DNA of 64,000 bases from Kofleriaceae bacterium (GTDB taxonomy: Bacteria; Myxococcota_A; Polyangia; Haliangiales; Haliangiaceae), in assembly GCA_046597055.1 (NCBI GenBank), contig JBKJLC010000083.1:1-64000 (forward strand), given 5' to 3'. Position 1 is the first letter of the stretch, and each line of letters begins with the position of its first letter. The position numbers were made by a program, and so were the translations under genes. This document shows positions 1 through 12,294 of this stretch, one piece after another. The notes below the pieces were generated by a model that was given only the letters and a program-made list of their open reading frames with translations, was not told the DNA's origin and made no database searches.

Positions 1-230
1 GGGGTGAGGACGGCGTCGTTGGACGGGAACGCGCTGTTCTCGACGAAGTGGGCCTTGGCGCTCTTGCCGATGGCGTTGAGGTTGAGCTCGGCCTCGCTGC
101 GCTTGCCCTTCTTCATGTAGTCGAGGAAGGCGGGGATGGCGACGGCGGCCAGAATGCCGATGATCGCGACGACGATCATGAGCTCGATGAGGGTGAAACC
201 AGCCTGCGACTTGTTGCGGATGCGATGCAT
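1..230 (-). CDS. pilA: Type IV major pilin (3' end runs off the window)
   Basis: My translation from ATG at 230 is [56 protein letters not shown], a class III signal peptide with the G|FTLIE motif. A purine-rich RBS lies upstream. Not in the ORF track because it is truncated. Confidence 0.9.
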   Translation of the reverse strand, partial: MHRIRNKSQAGFTLIELMIVVAIIGILAAVAIPAFLDYMKKGKRSEAELNLNAIGKSAKAHFVENSAFPSNDAVLT

Positions 231-426
231 AGAATTGCTCTCTTTCCTCGGATGGCCCGTGGGCGGTTTGGTGTCACTGGCAGGGCCACCCGCGGTGGCT
301 GCCATCGAAAATTATCAGCGGGTTGAGCCGCTGTTGTCCCCTGGTCGCAGTCACTCAGCGAGCCGGTCAGTCGGTCAGCGAGTCAGTCGACCCGCGCGCG
401 GTCAAGCATCGACCACGGTGCGATTC

Positions 427-945
427 CTAGTAGCCCTCGTTTTGCTTCTGCACCTTCGTGTCGAAGCTCGCGGTGAAGTAGTACGAGTCGCGCGTGCTGC
501 TGCCGTCGAGGTTGCAGTGCGCCAGGATGTAGTACCAGTCCGTGGCAGGCGCCGCGGTCAGGCCGAACTCGAGGGCCTTGGCGCCCGTGGGCGCGGTGCC
601 GGCCAGGCCGGCGATCGTCACGTAGCCGCAGTAGGCGCGGGTCTCGGGCACCCGGACCCGCAGGGTCGTCCAGGTCGTCGCGAGCGGAAGCAGCGATTGC
701 GCAGTGGCGACCGGGGCGGCGGGGAACGTGTCGCCCTCGTCGGCACCGGTCGAGAGGTACGTGCCGTTCTCGAGGCGGTACTGCTCCTGGGCGATGCGGA
801 GCGCCGCGAACATCGCGTTGGCCTCACCGCCACGCGCCTTGCGAGTCTGGCTGCTGAACGAGGTGACCGCGACCGCGGCCAGGACGCCCACCAGTGCCAC
901 CGCGATGATGATCTCGAGAAGAGTGAAGCCCTTTTGCTTGGTCAT
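427..945 (-). CDS. Type IV pilin-like protein (prepilin N-terminal cleavage/methylation domain)
   Basis: MTKQKG|FTLLEIIIAVALVGVLAAVAV, with two C-terminal Cys (YCGY...HCNLDG). Start is ATG 945 or GTG 957. Confidence 0.88.
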   Translation of the reverse strand: MTKQKGFTLLEIIIAVALVGVLAAVAVTSFSSQTRKARGGEANAMFAALRIAQEQYRLENGTYLSTGADEGDTFPAAPVATAQSLLPLATTWTTLRVRVPETRAYCGYVTIAGLAGTAPTGAKALEFGLTAAPATDWYYILAHCNLDGSSTRDSYYFTASFDTKVQKQNEGY

Positions 946-969
946 CGTTCGGAGCACGAGGAGACACAG

Positions 970-985
970 TGCAGCCGATGTGCCA
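970..985 (-). promoter_or_regulatory. Sigma54 (-24/-12) promoter for the pilin genes
   Basis: Minus strand reads TGGCACATCGGCTGCA, giving GG-N10-GC and matching TGGCAC-N5-TTGC. It lies directly upstream of the pilin and downstream of pilR. Confidence 0.8.
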
Positions 986-1066
986 GCTCCTGCCGCGACC
1001 CAAGTCGCCGTATCCTTGCAAGCCGGCCTACCTTCTAGACGCGGGAGAGACGAAACGCGGCGTCCA

Positions 1067-1087
1067 CGGTGCCGTAAAACGTCACCG
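1067..1087. promoter_or_regulatory. Candidate enhancer (PilR binding site)
   Basis: Imperfect inverted repeat CGGTGCCG-TAAAA-CGTCACCG (7/8 arm match) about 80-100 bp upstream of the sigma54 promoter. Confidence 0.4.
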
Positions 1088-1181
1088 GAAAGCGCGGGAG
1101 TATCCGTGGGTTAGCCGACGGGTAGCCGCGACGCGACGCGGCGCCCACTCCACCTCCCGTGTCGGCGTCGAGGGCTGTCGG

Positions 1182-2573
<1,392 letters not shown>

Positions 2574-2637
2574 CCCGGGAGAGTACGTCGGCTCGCGGCC
2601 GTTCACAAAGACTGCGGCCGCGTGATACGCGATCGGC

Positions 2638-3123
2638 ATGCCGCTCAGCGCCGGAGACAAGTTCCCCTCGGTCACCATCAAGGAAGCCACCGCGGAAGGC
2701 CCGCGCGACGTCGACCCCGCCGCGCTGTTCGCCGGCAAGAGCGTGGTGCTGTTCACCCTGCCGGGTGCCTTCACGCCGACCTGCTCGGCCAGCCACCTGC
2801 CGGGCTACGTCGCCCGCCGCGCCGACTTCGCCGCCCGCGGCGTCGACCTGGTCGCCTGCCTCAGCGTCAACGACGCGTGGGTCATGCAGGCGTGGGCCGA
2901 GGCCCACGGCGCCCTCGGCAAGATCGTGATGCTGGCCGACGGTGGCGCCGCGCTGACCAAGGCGCTTGGTCTCGAGGTCGACCTCACCGGGCCCGGCCTC
3001 GGCGTCCGCTGCCGGCGCGGCCTGCTCACGATCAAGGACGGCACCATCGAGACCGTCGCGCTCGAGGCACCCGGCAAGCTCGACGTCAGCGGCGCCGACG
3101 CCTGCCTGGTCTCGCTGGCCTGA
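2638..3123 (+). CDS. Peroxiredoxin (Prx5 type)
   Basis: LPGAFTPTCSASHLPGY and CLSVNDAWVM motifs. Confidence 0.93.
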   Translation: MPLSAGDKFPSVTIKEATAEGPRDVDPAALFAGKSVVLFTLPGAFTPTCSASHLPGYVARRADFAARGVDLVACLSVNDAWVMQAWAEAHGALGKIVMLADGGAALTKALGLEVDLTGPGLGVRCRRGLLTIKDGTIETVALEAPGKLDVSGADACLVSLA

Positions 3124-3129
3124 CCGGAC

Positions 3130-3168
3130 TTCACGGAGCCCGCGCTCACGTGGGTCACTCCCGTGAAG
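3130..3168 (+). terminator. Stem-loop after peroxiredoxin (possible terminator)
   Basis: CTTCACGG(AG)...(CTC)CCGTGAAG inverted repeat right after the stop codon; no clear U-tract. Confidence 0.35.
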
Positions 3169-3226
3169 CACACTCTTCACAGAAAAGTCGTTTTGTGAGC
3201 GCGGGTCGTCAGGCACCTTGGGCGCC

Positions 3227-3622
3227 ATGGACAAGCCGACGATCGACACCAAGGAAATCAAGACCGCCCGCCCCGCCGCGGAGCTCGACACCCCGCGCGG
3301 GTTCTTCCCGGCCGTGACCAACCTGGCGATCGACGCCACCGAGATCGGCGCGACCACCGCGATCAACCTCGGCAGCGACGTCCGCACCGAGCTGGCCAAG
3401 GGCGTCATCACGATCATCGACAGCACCGAGGCGCTCGTGAAGAGCGGCTTCGCGCTGGCGCGCCGCCTGACCCAGCGGGTCGACGGCGCCGCCGCCGAGC
3501 TGCTCGGCTCGGTCGAGAAGATCGTCGGCACCTCGGCCAACGCCGCGCGCTCGACCGCGCGCGAGGCCGCTCAGGTCGCCGCCGGCGCGCTCAACGCCGC
3601 CGTCGCGCCGCGCGGCAACTGA
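3227..3622 (+). CDS. Hypothetical Ala-rich helical protein (phasin-like character)
   Basis: Good GC3 codon usage, amphipathic helical sequence; no diagnostic motif. Confidence 0.65.
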   Translation: MDKPTIDTKEIKTARPAAELDTPRGFFPAVTNLAIDATEIGATTAINLGSDVRTELAKGVITIIDSTEALVKSGFALARRLTQRVDGAAAELLGSVEKIVGTSANAARSTAREAAQVAAGALNAAVAPRGN

Positions 3623-3625
3623 GGC

Positions 3626-4342
<717 letters not shown>

Positions 4343-4368
4343 GCCGGCGCTCCATACCACAGGACGTG

Positions 4369-4758
4369 TCACGAGCGGCGGCGGAGCGAGCTCGCCGGAA
4401 CATCGGGCGACGCGGCGGCGGCCGGGCGCGGGGTGGTCGGCGCCGCCAGCGAGTCGATCTCGAAGCAGGCCGCGGCGATCGCCGCCGTGTGGTCCCCGCC
4501 GGTGGTCATGGCCAGGCTCAGCGTGTACGCGGCCGACGCCAGCAAGCCCCAGCCCTCGAGCGGCGCCGCCCGGTCGGCGTAGCGGTGGAGGAGCGCGGCC
4601 AGGCCGGCGGCCAGGGTGGCCGCCGGCGCCGGCGTGGCGGGCGCGCTGGCGATCGCCTGGTAGGCGCCGGCCAGCACCTGGACCCGGTCGAGCGGCAGGT
4701 CGGGCAGGGTGGCGAGCAGCGCGACCACGGTGGCCTCGAGTGTGGCGGCGGACGTCAT
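4369..4758 (-). CDS. Hypothetical protein
   Basis: 129-aa ORF with typical codon bias, co-oriented with neighbours. Confidence 0.55.
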   Translation of the reverse strand: MTSAATLEATVVALLATLPDLPLDRVQVLAGAYQAIASAPATPAPAATLAAGLAALLHRYADRAAPLEGWGLLASAAYTLSLAMTTGGDHTAAIAAACFEIDSLAAPTTPRPAAAASPDVPASSLRRRS

Positions 4759-4886
4759 GCGCCACCGTAGCAGCGCGGGTCACGCCGGGCAGGCGAACTC
4801 GGAGGTGTGAAGCGCTTCCCGCGCGCCCTTCGGTTGGGCGGCCGCGCCCGATCGGTACGGAACCAGCGCCGCGTCGCTCGCGCGGC

Positions 4887-5708
4887 TCAGGTCAGCAGCG
4901 TGTCGGCGGCGGCGGTGACCTCGGCCAGGCGCGCCTCGAGTTCCTTGCGACGCACCTCGGGCACACCGGGCTGCAGATCGGGATGGAGCGCGCGGGCCAG
5001 CCGGCGATAGGCGCGCTTGACGGTGTCGCGATCCGACATCTCCGACAGGCCCAGCGTGCGCAGCGCGGCCGCGAGCCGCGGATCGATCGGGCCGCGGGCG
5101 ACCCGGTGCGGGGCCGAGTCGCCGGCGCCGACGCCGACCACGCTGAGCGCGCCGACGTGGCGGAGGAAGTGGATGAAGCAGAGCAGGCGGAAGCGCGGGG
5201 TCCGGGCCAGCGGCCAGATCTGGTCGAGGCGACGCGGCTGCGTCATCGCCGCCAGGATGCGCTTGTCGGCCTCGTCGAGGGTGGTCGGGTCGGGTGCGTG
5301 CTCGGTCCGGATCGCGAGGCGGACCCCGGCCAGCTCGACGATGAGGGCGTCGGCGCGCATGGCGTCGAGCTGGGCCTCGAGGTGCTGGCGGGCCCAGATC
5401 GCGACCCCGAGCGAGCGCGCGGACGCGCCGGGCGGAAACGCAGCGGTGCCGCCGTCGAACGTGGCGCTCACGCCTTCGAGGGCGGCCAGCCGCGCCAGGC
5501 GGCTCGCGATCTGGCGGCCGTTGACGTCGGTCTCGACCGTCATCGCGGCGCCCCGGCGGAGCACCAGCACCTCCGCCCGCTGCCAGGGCGTGTGCACGGT
5601 GAGGACGCCGCTGGCGCCGCTGCGGCCAAGGCGATACGCCAGCCGCACGAAGTCGCCACGACCGAGTGCTTCGGTCCGCCCAGCAGGCGGTCGGTTCCCC
5701 GTGATCAC
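4887..5708 (-). CDS. J-domain protein (C-terminal DnaJ domain, DUF4388-like N-terminus)
   Basis: [15 protein letters not shown] at the C-terminus; N-terminal SGVLTV strand typical of myxobacterial DUF4388-like domains. Confidence 0.85.
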   Translation of the reverse strand: MITGNRPPAGRTEALGRGDFVRLAYRLGRSGASGVLTVHTPWQRAEVLVLRRGAAMTVETDVNGRQIASRLARLAALEGVSATFDGGTAAFPPGASARSLGVAIWARQHLEAQLDAMRADALIVELAGVRLAIRTEHAPDPTTLDEADKRILAAMTQPRRLDQIWPLARTPRFRLLCFIHFLRHVGALSVVGVGAGDSAPHRVARGPIDPRLAAALRTLGLSEMSDRDTVKRAYRRLARALHPDLQPGVPEVRRKELEARLAEVTAAADTLLT

Positions 5709-5848
5709 CCCCCGATCTACGGGCGCGGCGCCTCGGGGGGCAACTTTTCGCAGGTCGGGCGGCTCACCAGGAGCCCAGCCCGGTCGCCGCGAGCCGCGCC
5801 GGAGAGCTCGGGACTCGCGCTCGGTCGCTCCGCGCGGCGTGTCGCGCT

Positions 5849-5915
5849 CCGGTTGCCCTGAGCCGCGCCGGAAGGGCGCGTGTCGAACGGGCGCGGGTGA
5901 GGGCGTGTCGAAGGG
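5849..5915 (+). repeat. REP-like dispersed element, copy 1 (CCCTGAGCC...GTCGAAGGG type)
   Basis: CCGGTTGCCCTGAGCC...GTGTCGAACGGG...GTGTCGAAGGG, related to the reverse complements of the copies at 53204 and 58633. Confidence 0.55.
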
Positions 5916-5956
5916 CGAGAATCAGATGCGTCCTTCGCGATGGAAGGACGCGGGGG

Positions 5957-6199
5957 TCACATGAAGCCGGCCTTGCGACGCTCGTTGATGTACTCCATCA
6001 CGACGTCCTTGACGGTCTCGCGGAAGTTCACGGTGCCGTCGGCGATCTCGCGGAGGGCCGTGACGGCCGGCTTGTTGTCGCACTCGACCAGCGGCGTGGC
6101 GCCACGCGCGATCTGGCGGGCGCGCTCGGCAGCGAGCACGACCAGGGCGAAGCGATTGGGAACCTTCTCGAGGCAATCTTCGACGGTGACGCGAGCCAT
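5957..6199 (-). CDS. rpoZ: RNA polymerase omega subunit
   Basis: [30 protein letters not shown]...[12 protein letters not shown]. Confidence 0.97.
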   Translation of the reverse strand: MARVTVEDCLEKVPNRFALVVLAAERARQIARGATPLVECDNKPAVTALREIADGTVNFRETVKDVVMEYINERRKAGFM

Positions 6200-6379
6200 G
6201 GGCACCTCTGCCGGCAGGAAACGCAGCCGGCGTGCAAGAAGCGGGATAGTACAGTGGGATCGACGGGTGTCAAGGCTCCTTGCCTGCGCCGGCCCCTGAC
6301 ATTAGGCTTGTCTTCTCGACGGCTTTCGCCCGATCGCTCCTTCGAGCGTGCCTCACCCCGCCGAGCCCCAGGCGATCCT

Positions 6380-7171
<792 letters not shown>

Positions 7172-7213
7172 TCCGCGCCCCCGCCGACCGCCACGCACCG
7201 GCCGACCGCGGCG

Positions 7214-8128
7214 TCACCGACGCGGCGTCGGCGGCGCCCAGATCCAGCCATCTTCGGCGAACGGCCCCGAGGGCTCGGGCAACGTCCAGCCGTCGCGCGC
7301 CCAAAGGTACGCGGTGTACGCGCCGACCAGCGCGTCGAAGCAGTGGTCGTTGCGGAGCGCGTCCTCGCGCGCGAGCCGGCTCTGCGGCGCGAACTCGAGA
7401 TCGGTGAGGCGCTCGACGATCTCGGCGCGGGTCTCCCACGGATCGGCGTCGCGCTTGTAGCCGCGGGCGCGGCGCCGATCGAACAGCGCGGCGATGGTGG
7501 CCGCGGGCGAGACCTCGAGCAAATTCTGGTTCAGCGCGAAGCCGGCGCGGAGCAGCCGCTTGCGCAGGTGCTGCGCGCGCGCGGCGACCAGCCCGACCGC
7601 CGCGCCGACCGCGCTGGGCGGGATCAGGCCGCGGTCGTAGCAGAGCACCAGCTCGGTCGCGCGATGCGCGTAGGGTTGGATGCGGATCCGGGGCCGGGCT
7701 GGGGCCCGGCTGACCACCGCGGACGAGCCCTGCACCGCCTGGCCGGCGACGCTCTCCTCGCCGAGCAGGCGGCCGGTGGTCCGCAGCCACGCGACCGCGG
7801 GGTCGACGCATGCCTCTACGCTGGGGCAGGCCGGGACCACACAGCGCCCGCAGGCCGGGCTGGTGAGCGGGGCGTCGATCGCCACCACGACGTCGTTGCC
7901 CAGGCCCTCGACGTAGGCGAGCAGGGTCTCGTCGATCCACGGCTCGCCCCGATGTCGGGTCGAGATGGATTGGACCGACGCCTGCCCATCGTTGCCGCGC
8001 GCGATCTGCGCGACCGCCGTGGTCTTTCCTCGGGCACCCCCGAGGTCGATCCCTACGAACGTCGTGAACGTACGGCTCACCGCCTGTCCAGGTCTTGGGG
8101 TAGTGACCCCATCACTCATTTTTAGCAC
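7214..8128 (-). CDS. DUF429 family RNase H-like predicted nuclease
   Basis: [36 protein letters not shown] motifs; start uncertain. Confidence 0.8.
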   Translation of the reverse strand: MLKMSDGVTTPRPGQAVSRTFTTFVGIDLGGARGKTTAVAQIARGNDGQASVQSISTRHRGEPWIDETLLAYVEGLGNDVVVAIDAPLTSPACGRCVVPACPSVEACVDPAVAWLRTTGRLLGEESVAGQAVQGSSAVVSRAPARPRIRIQPYAHRATELVLCYDRGLIPPSAVGAAVGLVAARAQHLRKRLLRAGFALNQNLLEVSPAATIAALFDRRRARGYKRDADPWETRAEIVERLTDLEFAPQSRLAREDALRNDHCFDALVGAYTAYLWARDGWTLPEPSGPFAEDGWIWAPPTPRR

Positions 8129-8265
8129 AGGCGCCTCGGGCGAACGGGATCAACCGGTTGCGAACAGTTCGCGGGAACGTGGCCGCTCGCGTGACAACAC
8201 GCGGCAAGCCGGTGTAAGCAACGGGACCGCGTCGCGTTGTTTGACCCGGGTGAGCACAGACGGCA

Positions 8266-8592
8266 ATGGCGATCGACCGCCTCGCAACCTTCCGCGCCTT
8301 CATCGTGAAGTCGCCGAACGATCCATTTCCACGCTACGGCCTGGCGATGGAGCTGCGGACGCGCGGCGATCTCGAGGGAGCGGTCGCGGCGTTCGCCGAG
8401 CTCACCGAGAAGTTTCCCGAGTACGTGCCGCCCTACCTCATGGCCGGTGGTGTGCTCGCGCAGCTCGCGCGCCGCGCAGATGCGGCGCAGTGCTACCGCC
8501 GCGGCATCGAGGTCGCGGCCGCGAAGTCCGACTCGCACGCCAAGAAGGAGCTCGAGGCGGCGCTGGCGGAGCTCGAGACCGACGACGACTGA
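8266..8592 (+). CDS. Small TPR protein
   Basis: PNDPFPRYGLAMEL...PEYVPPYLMAG...YRRGIEVA. Confidence 0.85.
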   Translation: MAIDRLATFRAFIVKSPNDPFPRYGLAMELRTRGDLEGAVAAFAELTEKFPEYVPPYLMAGGVLAQLARRADAAQCYRRGIEVAAAKSDSHAKKELEAALAELETDDD

Positions 8593-8730
8593 TCGCCCCG
8601 ACGGGTGATCGTCGCTTGCACCGCCCGGCTGGACGCGATCCCGCCGTGGCCCTCCAGTATCCCGGCGCCCGTCAGGTCGTCGGAGGCGCGCGGCGTTCCG
8701 CGCACATCACGTGAACGAAGGAAAGACATC

Positions 8731-8940
8731 ATGAAGAAGCTAGCGATCCTGGTTGTTGCGAGCGCGCTGGCCCTTGGCGCCTGTAGCAAGAAGAAGGACC
8801 CGGCGAACGCCGGCACCACGGGCGGCGAGGTCACCGACCCGGCCACGGGCACTGACGGCGAGATGCCGGCGGATCCCGACGCGCCGGCCGATCCGGCCAA
8901 CCCGTGCGGTGGCGAAGCCAATCCGTGCGCGCCCGAGTGA
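8731..8940 (+). CDS. Small lipoprotein with DPA/NPC repeats
   Basis: MKKLAILVVASALALGAC lipobox, RBS GAAGGA, tail PADPDAPADPANPCGGEANPCAPE. Confidence 0.8.
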   Translation: MKKLAILVVASALALGACSKKKDPANAGTTGGEVTDPATGTDGEMPADPDAPADPANPCGGEANPCAPE

Positions 8941-9003
8941 TCGATCGACCTTCGATCGGTTAGAGTGACCGCGCTGCGGGCCCATCGGGTTCGCCGCGGT
9001 CGT

Positions 9004-9089
<86 letters not shown>

Positions 9090-9136
9090 CATCGGCCTCG
9101 TCGGTCCCGGCGAGGCCAGCCCAAGGGCGCGCGCGA

Positions 9137-10165
9137 TCACCGGCGCGCGTGCGGCGGCTTCCGGCCGGCGCTGCCAGCGGCGGCGCGGACTGGCTCGAAC
9201 ACGCGGGTGACGCGGTGACCGCGGGCGCGCAGCAGCGCGACCACGCCGCGCGGGCCGTGCAGGTGGTCCTCGCCGACCGCGACGAACGCGTTGCCACCGG
9301 CGATCAGCTGCTCGAGCGGCGCGATCCACGCCTGGTTGCGATCGTCGAGCAGATCGCGCTCGAGGCGGGCGAGGTCGTCGTCGCTGTAGCCGTGGGCGAG
9401 CAGCTCGGCCCGGTCCTCGGCGGTCATGCCGGGATCGTCGTCGGTGCCCGCGCAGTACTGGGCGAGGTCGCTGGCCGACTCCTGCTGGAGCTCGGCGCGA
9501 TCCTCGGTCGAGGCGATCGCGGCGCGCAGCCAGCGCAGATCCATCCAGCGCGCCATCAGGTCCTCCTGGAACGCGGTGGTCTCGAGCCCGCGCTGCGCGA
9601 CGCCGGCGGCGCGGGCGGTGGCGATCAGCTCCTGATCGAGCGCGACCGTCTTGTCTTCATAGAGCATCATCAGCAGCACCAGCGCGACCGTGGGCGGCTG
9701 GTGATCGAGCACGGCCGCGAGCTGGGCGCCGGCGAGCTCCTGGTAGCGCTGCCACAGCTCGGGGCCGAGCTGCTCGGACAGCGCCCGCGGGTTCGCGGCC
9801 GGCGGTGGGGCGGGCGCGGTGGCCGGCGCGTCCTCGTCGACGGTCTCGAGCACCGCGACCCGGGCTGCGCGCAGGCGTGTGGTCACCTCGGCGGGCAGCT
9901 TGGCCAGCCCGACGCCGATGTGGCGGGTGCCGAGCAGGTACGTCGGCGATGGGGTCTCGACCCGGTAGAAGTGCGGGGCGGTCACCGCCGGACAGGCCCG
10001 GTCGGCGAGCGCGCGGGTCTCGATCTCCGACGGCGCGGTCGCGGGCACCGGTCGTGGCGCACGCGGGGCCGCGGCGACCGGCGCGGCGGGCCGGGTCAGG
10101 CGGGCCCCGCCCGGCGGGCTTGAGCAGCCACCGGCGAGGAGCAGGACGGCGATCGCGGCGCGCAT
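9137..10165 (-). CDS. TraB/GumN family lipoprotein
   Basis: Lipobox LAGGC; YLLGTRH, GLET, LLDDRNQAW, FVAVGEDHL.G..GV motifs. Confidence 0.88.
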   Translation of the reverse strand: MRAAIAVLLLAGGCSSPPGGARLTRPAAPVAAAPRAPRPVPATAPSEIETRALADRACPAVTAPHFYRVETPSPTYLLGTRHIGVGLAKLPAEVTTRLRAARVAVLETVDEDAPATAPAPPPAANPRALSEQLGPELWQRYQELAGAQLAAVLDHQPPTVALVLLMMLYEDKTVALDQELIATARAAGVAQRGLETTAFQEDLMARWMDLRWLRAAIASTEDRAELQQESASDLAQYCAGTDDDPGMTAEDRAELLAHGYSDDDLARLERDLLDDRNQAWIAPLEQLIAGGNAFVAVGEDHLHGPRGVVALLRARGHRVTRVFEPVRAAAGSAGRKPPHARR

Positions 10166-10503
10166 GGCGGCACTATCGTGCGGATCGGGCGGCCGTGGTC
10201 GGCAGAAATCGGCGAACCGCACGGTCGCGCCCCCGGGCCGCCGTCACGGACGCTCGACCAGCGCGCGGGCGACCTCGGCGAGACCCGCCGACGCGGTCAT
10301 GCCCAGCGCGACGCCGTGCACGCGCGCGACCTCCGCGAACGGGTTGTCCTCGTTCCGCTCGACCAACGACGGCAGCGACGCGACCTCGTTCTACTTCGAC
10401 CCGCTCACGCTCGACGCGACCGTCGGTCAGTGACCGGCCGCACCGCGAGGCCCCGCCGGCGATGCGCGCCGGGCAGCGGCCGCGCGTGCGCTACACTGTC
10501 GGC

Positions 10504-11016
10504 ATGCGTAGGCTGCTCGTCGTGTTCGCGCTGGCCGGTGTGGCGGCCGGCTGCTCGCGCGCCGGTGAGGAGAGCGCGGGCAAGCGGACCCCGGTGCCGC
10601 CGCCGCCCCAGGCGGTCACGGTGCCGGCCGACCTGAAGATCGCGGTCACCGTCGATGGCGTCGCGCAGCCGGCGATCGATGCCGCGCGCCTCGGCGGCCA
10701 GGCCCCCGACTACGCCGACGACGAGCGCCGCGCCTGGCGCCTGAGCCGGCTGCTGCCGGCGTTCGATCGACCGGGCGCGATCGTCGAGGCCCACGGCCGG
10801 GCCGGCATCGCGGTCAAGCTGCAGTGGCCGGCCGCCGGTGGGCTCGAGCCGGTGCTGTTCCTCACCCGGCGCGGCGGCATCGCCGTCACCGTGGTCGATC
10901 CCGCCGTGCCGTTCCCGGACTATCACGGTCAGGGCGGGCGGCTGCGCCGGCCCGGCGATCCGCTGCCGCACGTGTCGCCGGTGCTCGAGCTGGCCGTGGT
11001 CACCGCGCCGCTCTGA
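10504..11016 (+). CDS. Hypothetical lipoprotein
   Basis: MRRLLVVFALAGVAAGC lipobox; conserved-looking YHGQGGRL.RPGDP tail. Confidence 0.75.
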   Translation: MRRLLVVFALAGVAAGCSRAGEESAGKRTPVPPPPQAVTVPADLKIAVTVDGVAQPAIDAARLGGQAPDYADDERRAWRLSRLLPAFDRPGAIVEAHGRAGIAVKLQWPAAGGLEPVLFLTRRGGIAVTVVDPAVPFPDYHGQGGRLRRPGDPLPHVSPVLELAVVTAPL

Positions 11017-11163
11017 CCTGTCGGACCCGGTGTAGTGACGGCAGTGCGGTGGCGCGCTGGCTACCCCTTGGTCGTCTGCCGTCTGCCCCTCGACGGCGCG
11101 CTGCGCGCTGCGCGCAGGGGTGGCGAGACGGGGGCCGGCCGACGGCCGGCTGCCGTCGTCTGG

Positions 11164-12195
11164 TCACGGCGCCGGCGGGGCGGGGGCCAGCCAGGCGGCG
11201 GGCCGACCGTCGGGGCCGTGGACCAGCGGATCGGCGCCGGGCGGCAGGGTGCTGTCGAGCCCGAGCTCGACCGGATGGCCGCGGCGAGTCGCCCACGCCC
11301 GCGCGACCAGCCCGAACGTCAGGCGCGCGTTGATCTCGCACAGCGGGTGGAGCTGCCGGGTGCCGCCGGCGTCGTGGACGAACGCGTCGACCACGAACGG
11401 ACCGCGATAGCCGGCCGCGCCGAGGCGGCGGGCGACCGCGGCGACGGTGGCGGCCAGCCGCGCGCGCTCGCCGGGCTCGAGGCCGGCGCCGTCGTCGACG
11501 ATCAGGCCGCGGATCACGCCGCTCGCGTCGCAGCGCGCGCGGTGCGGGGGCAGCAGGATCGCACGCGACGCGTCGACGACGATGCCGCCCTGGCCGACAT
11601 CGAGCAGTCGCGGCATCCAGGGCTCGAACACCAGCGCGCCCGTGCGGGCAAGCAGGCGCTCGACGCGGGTCGCGGTGGCGCTGTCGATCACGGCACCGGT
11701 GCGGCGCACGCGATCGCGGCCGGCGGCGGTCAACGGCGCCTTGGCCACCCAGCCGCCATCGGGACTGGCGTCGGCGCCGCCCGCGACCAGGTGCGCGCGC
11801 AGCTCGGCGACGCTGGTCACCGTGCGGGTGCCGGGGAGCGCCACCCCCAGCTCGGCTGCCAGCGCGGCGGCGAAGCGGCGGTCGTTCACGGTGCGCGCGA
11901 TCGCGAGGCCGGGCTCGGTCAGCGCCCCCCAGGGCAGACGGCGACCGGGCGGCAGCGGCCCGGTGCAGAGGATCGGGCGCGGCGCGCCGGCGTCCGGGAT
12001 CTGGGCCGGGCTCACCGGGCCCGGTAGCCACAGGCGGTCGTGGTCGTCGCGGGCGAACACCCGCAGGGTGGTCGCGAGCAGCGCCAGCCGGGCGGTGATG
12101 GCGGCGGGGAGCGCCGACGCGCCGGCCCACACGACCTCGCAGTCGAGGTTGCCGACCAGCAGCCAGCGATCGTCGTCCTCCACCGGCGTGACCAA
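11164..12195 (-). CDS. ATP-grasp fold protein (putative ligase)
   Basis: WVAKAPLTAAGR, VFEPW, GYRGPFVVDAF, EINARLTFG: ATP-grasp motifs. Confidence 0.75.
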   Translation of the reverse strand: MVTPVEDDDRWLLVGNLDCEVVWAGASALPAAITARLALLATTLRVFARDDHDRLWLPGPVSPAQIPDAGAPRPILCTGPLPPGRRLPWGALTEPGLAIARTVNDRRFAAALAAELGVALPGTRTVTSVAELRAHLVAGGADASPDGGWVAKAPLTAAGRDRVRRTGAVIDSATATRVERLLARTGALVFEPWMPRLLDVGQGGIVVDASRAILLPPHRARCDASGVIRGLIVDDGAGLEPGERARLAATVAAVARRLGAAGYRGPFVVDAFVHDAGGTRQLHPLCEINARLTFGLVARAWATRRGHPVELGLDSTLPPGADPLVHGPDGRPAAWLAPAPPAP

Positions 12196-12294
12196 CCTGG
12201 CGTGGAGCCTATGCCGGCCTTGTGACAGCCGCCGGTGCGGCGCCCCGGTCAGGGCGGGGCCGGTCGCGTCCCGCCCGCGCCGCTTCCCGCGGCG

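Noticed and set aside
231..345. Known riboswitch (c-di-GMP-I/II, fluoride) in the pilin leader
   Set aside because: Isolated words resemble riboswitch fragments, but their order and stems do not fit the consensus; kept only as an unnamed structured leader.
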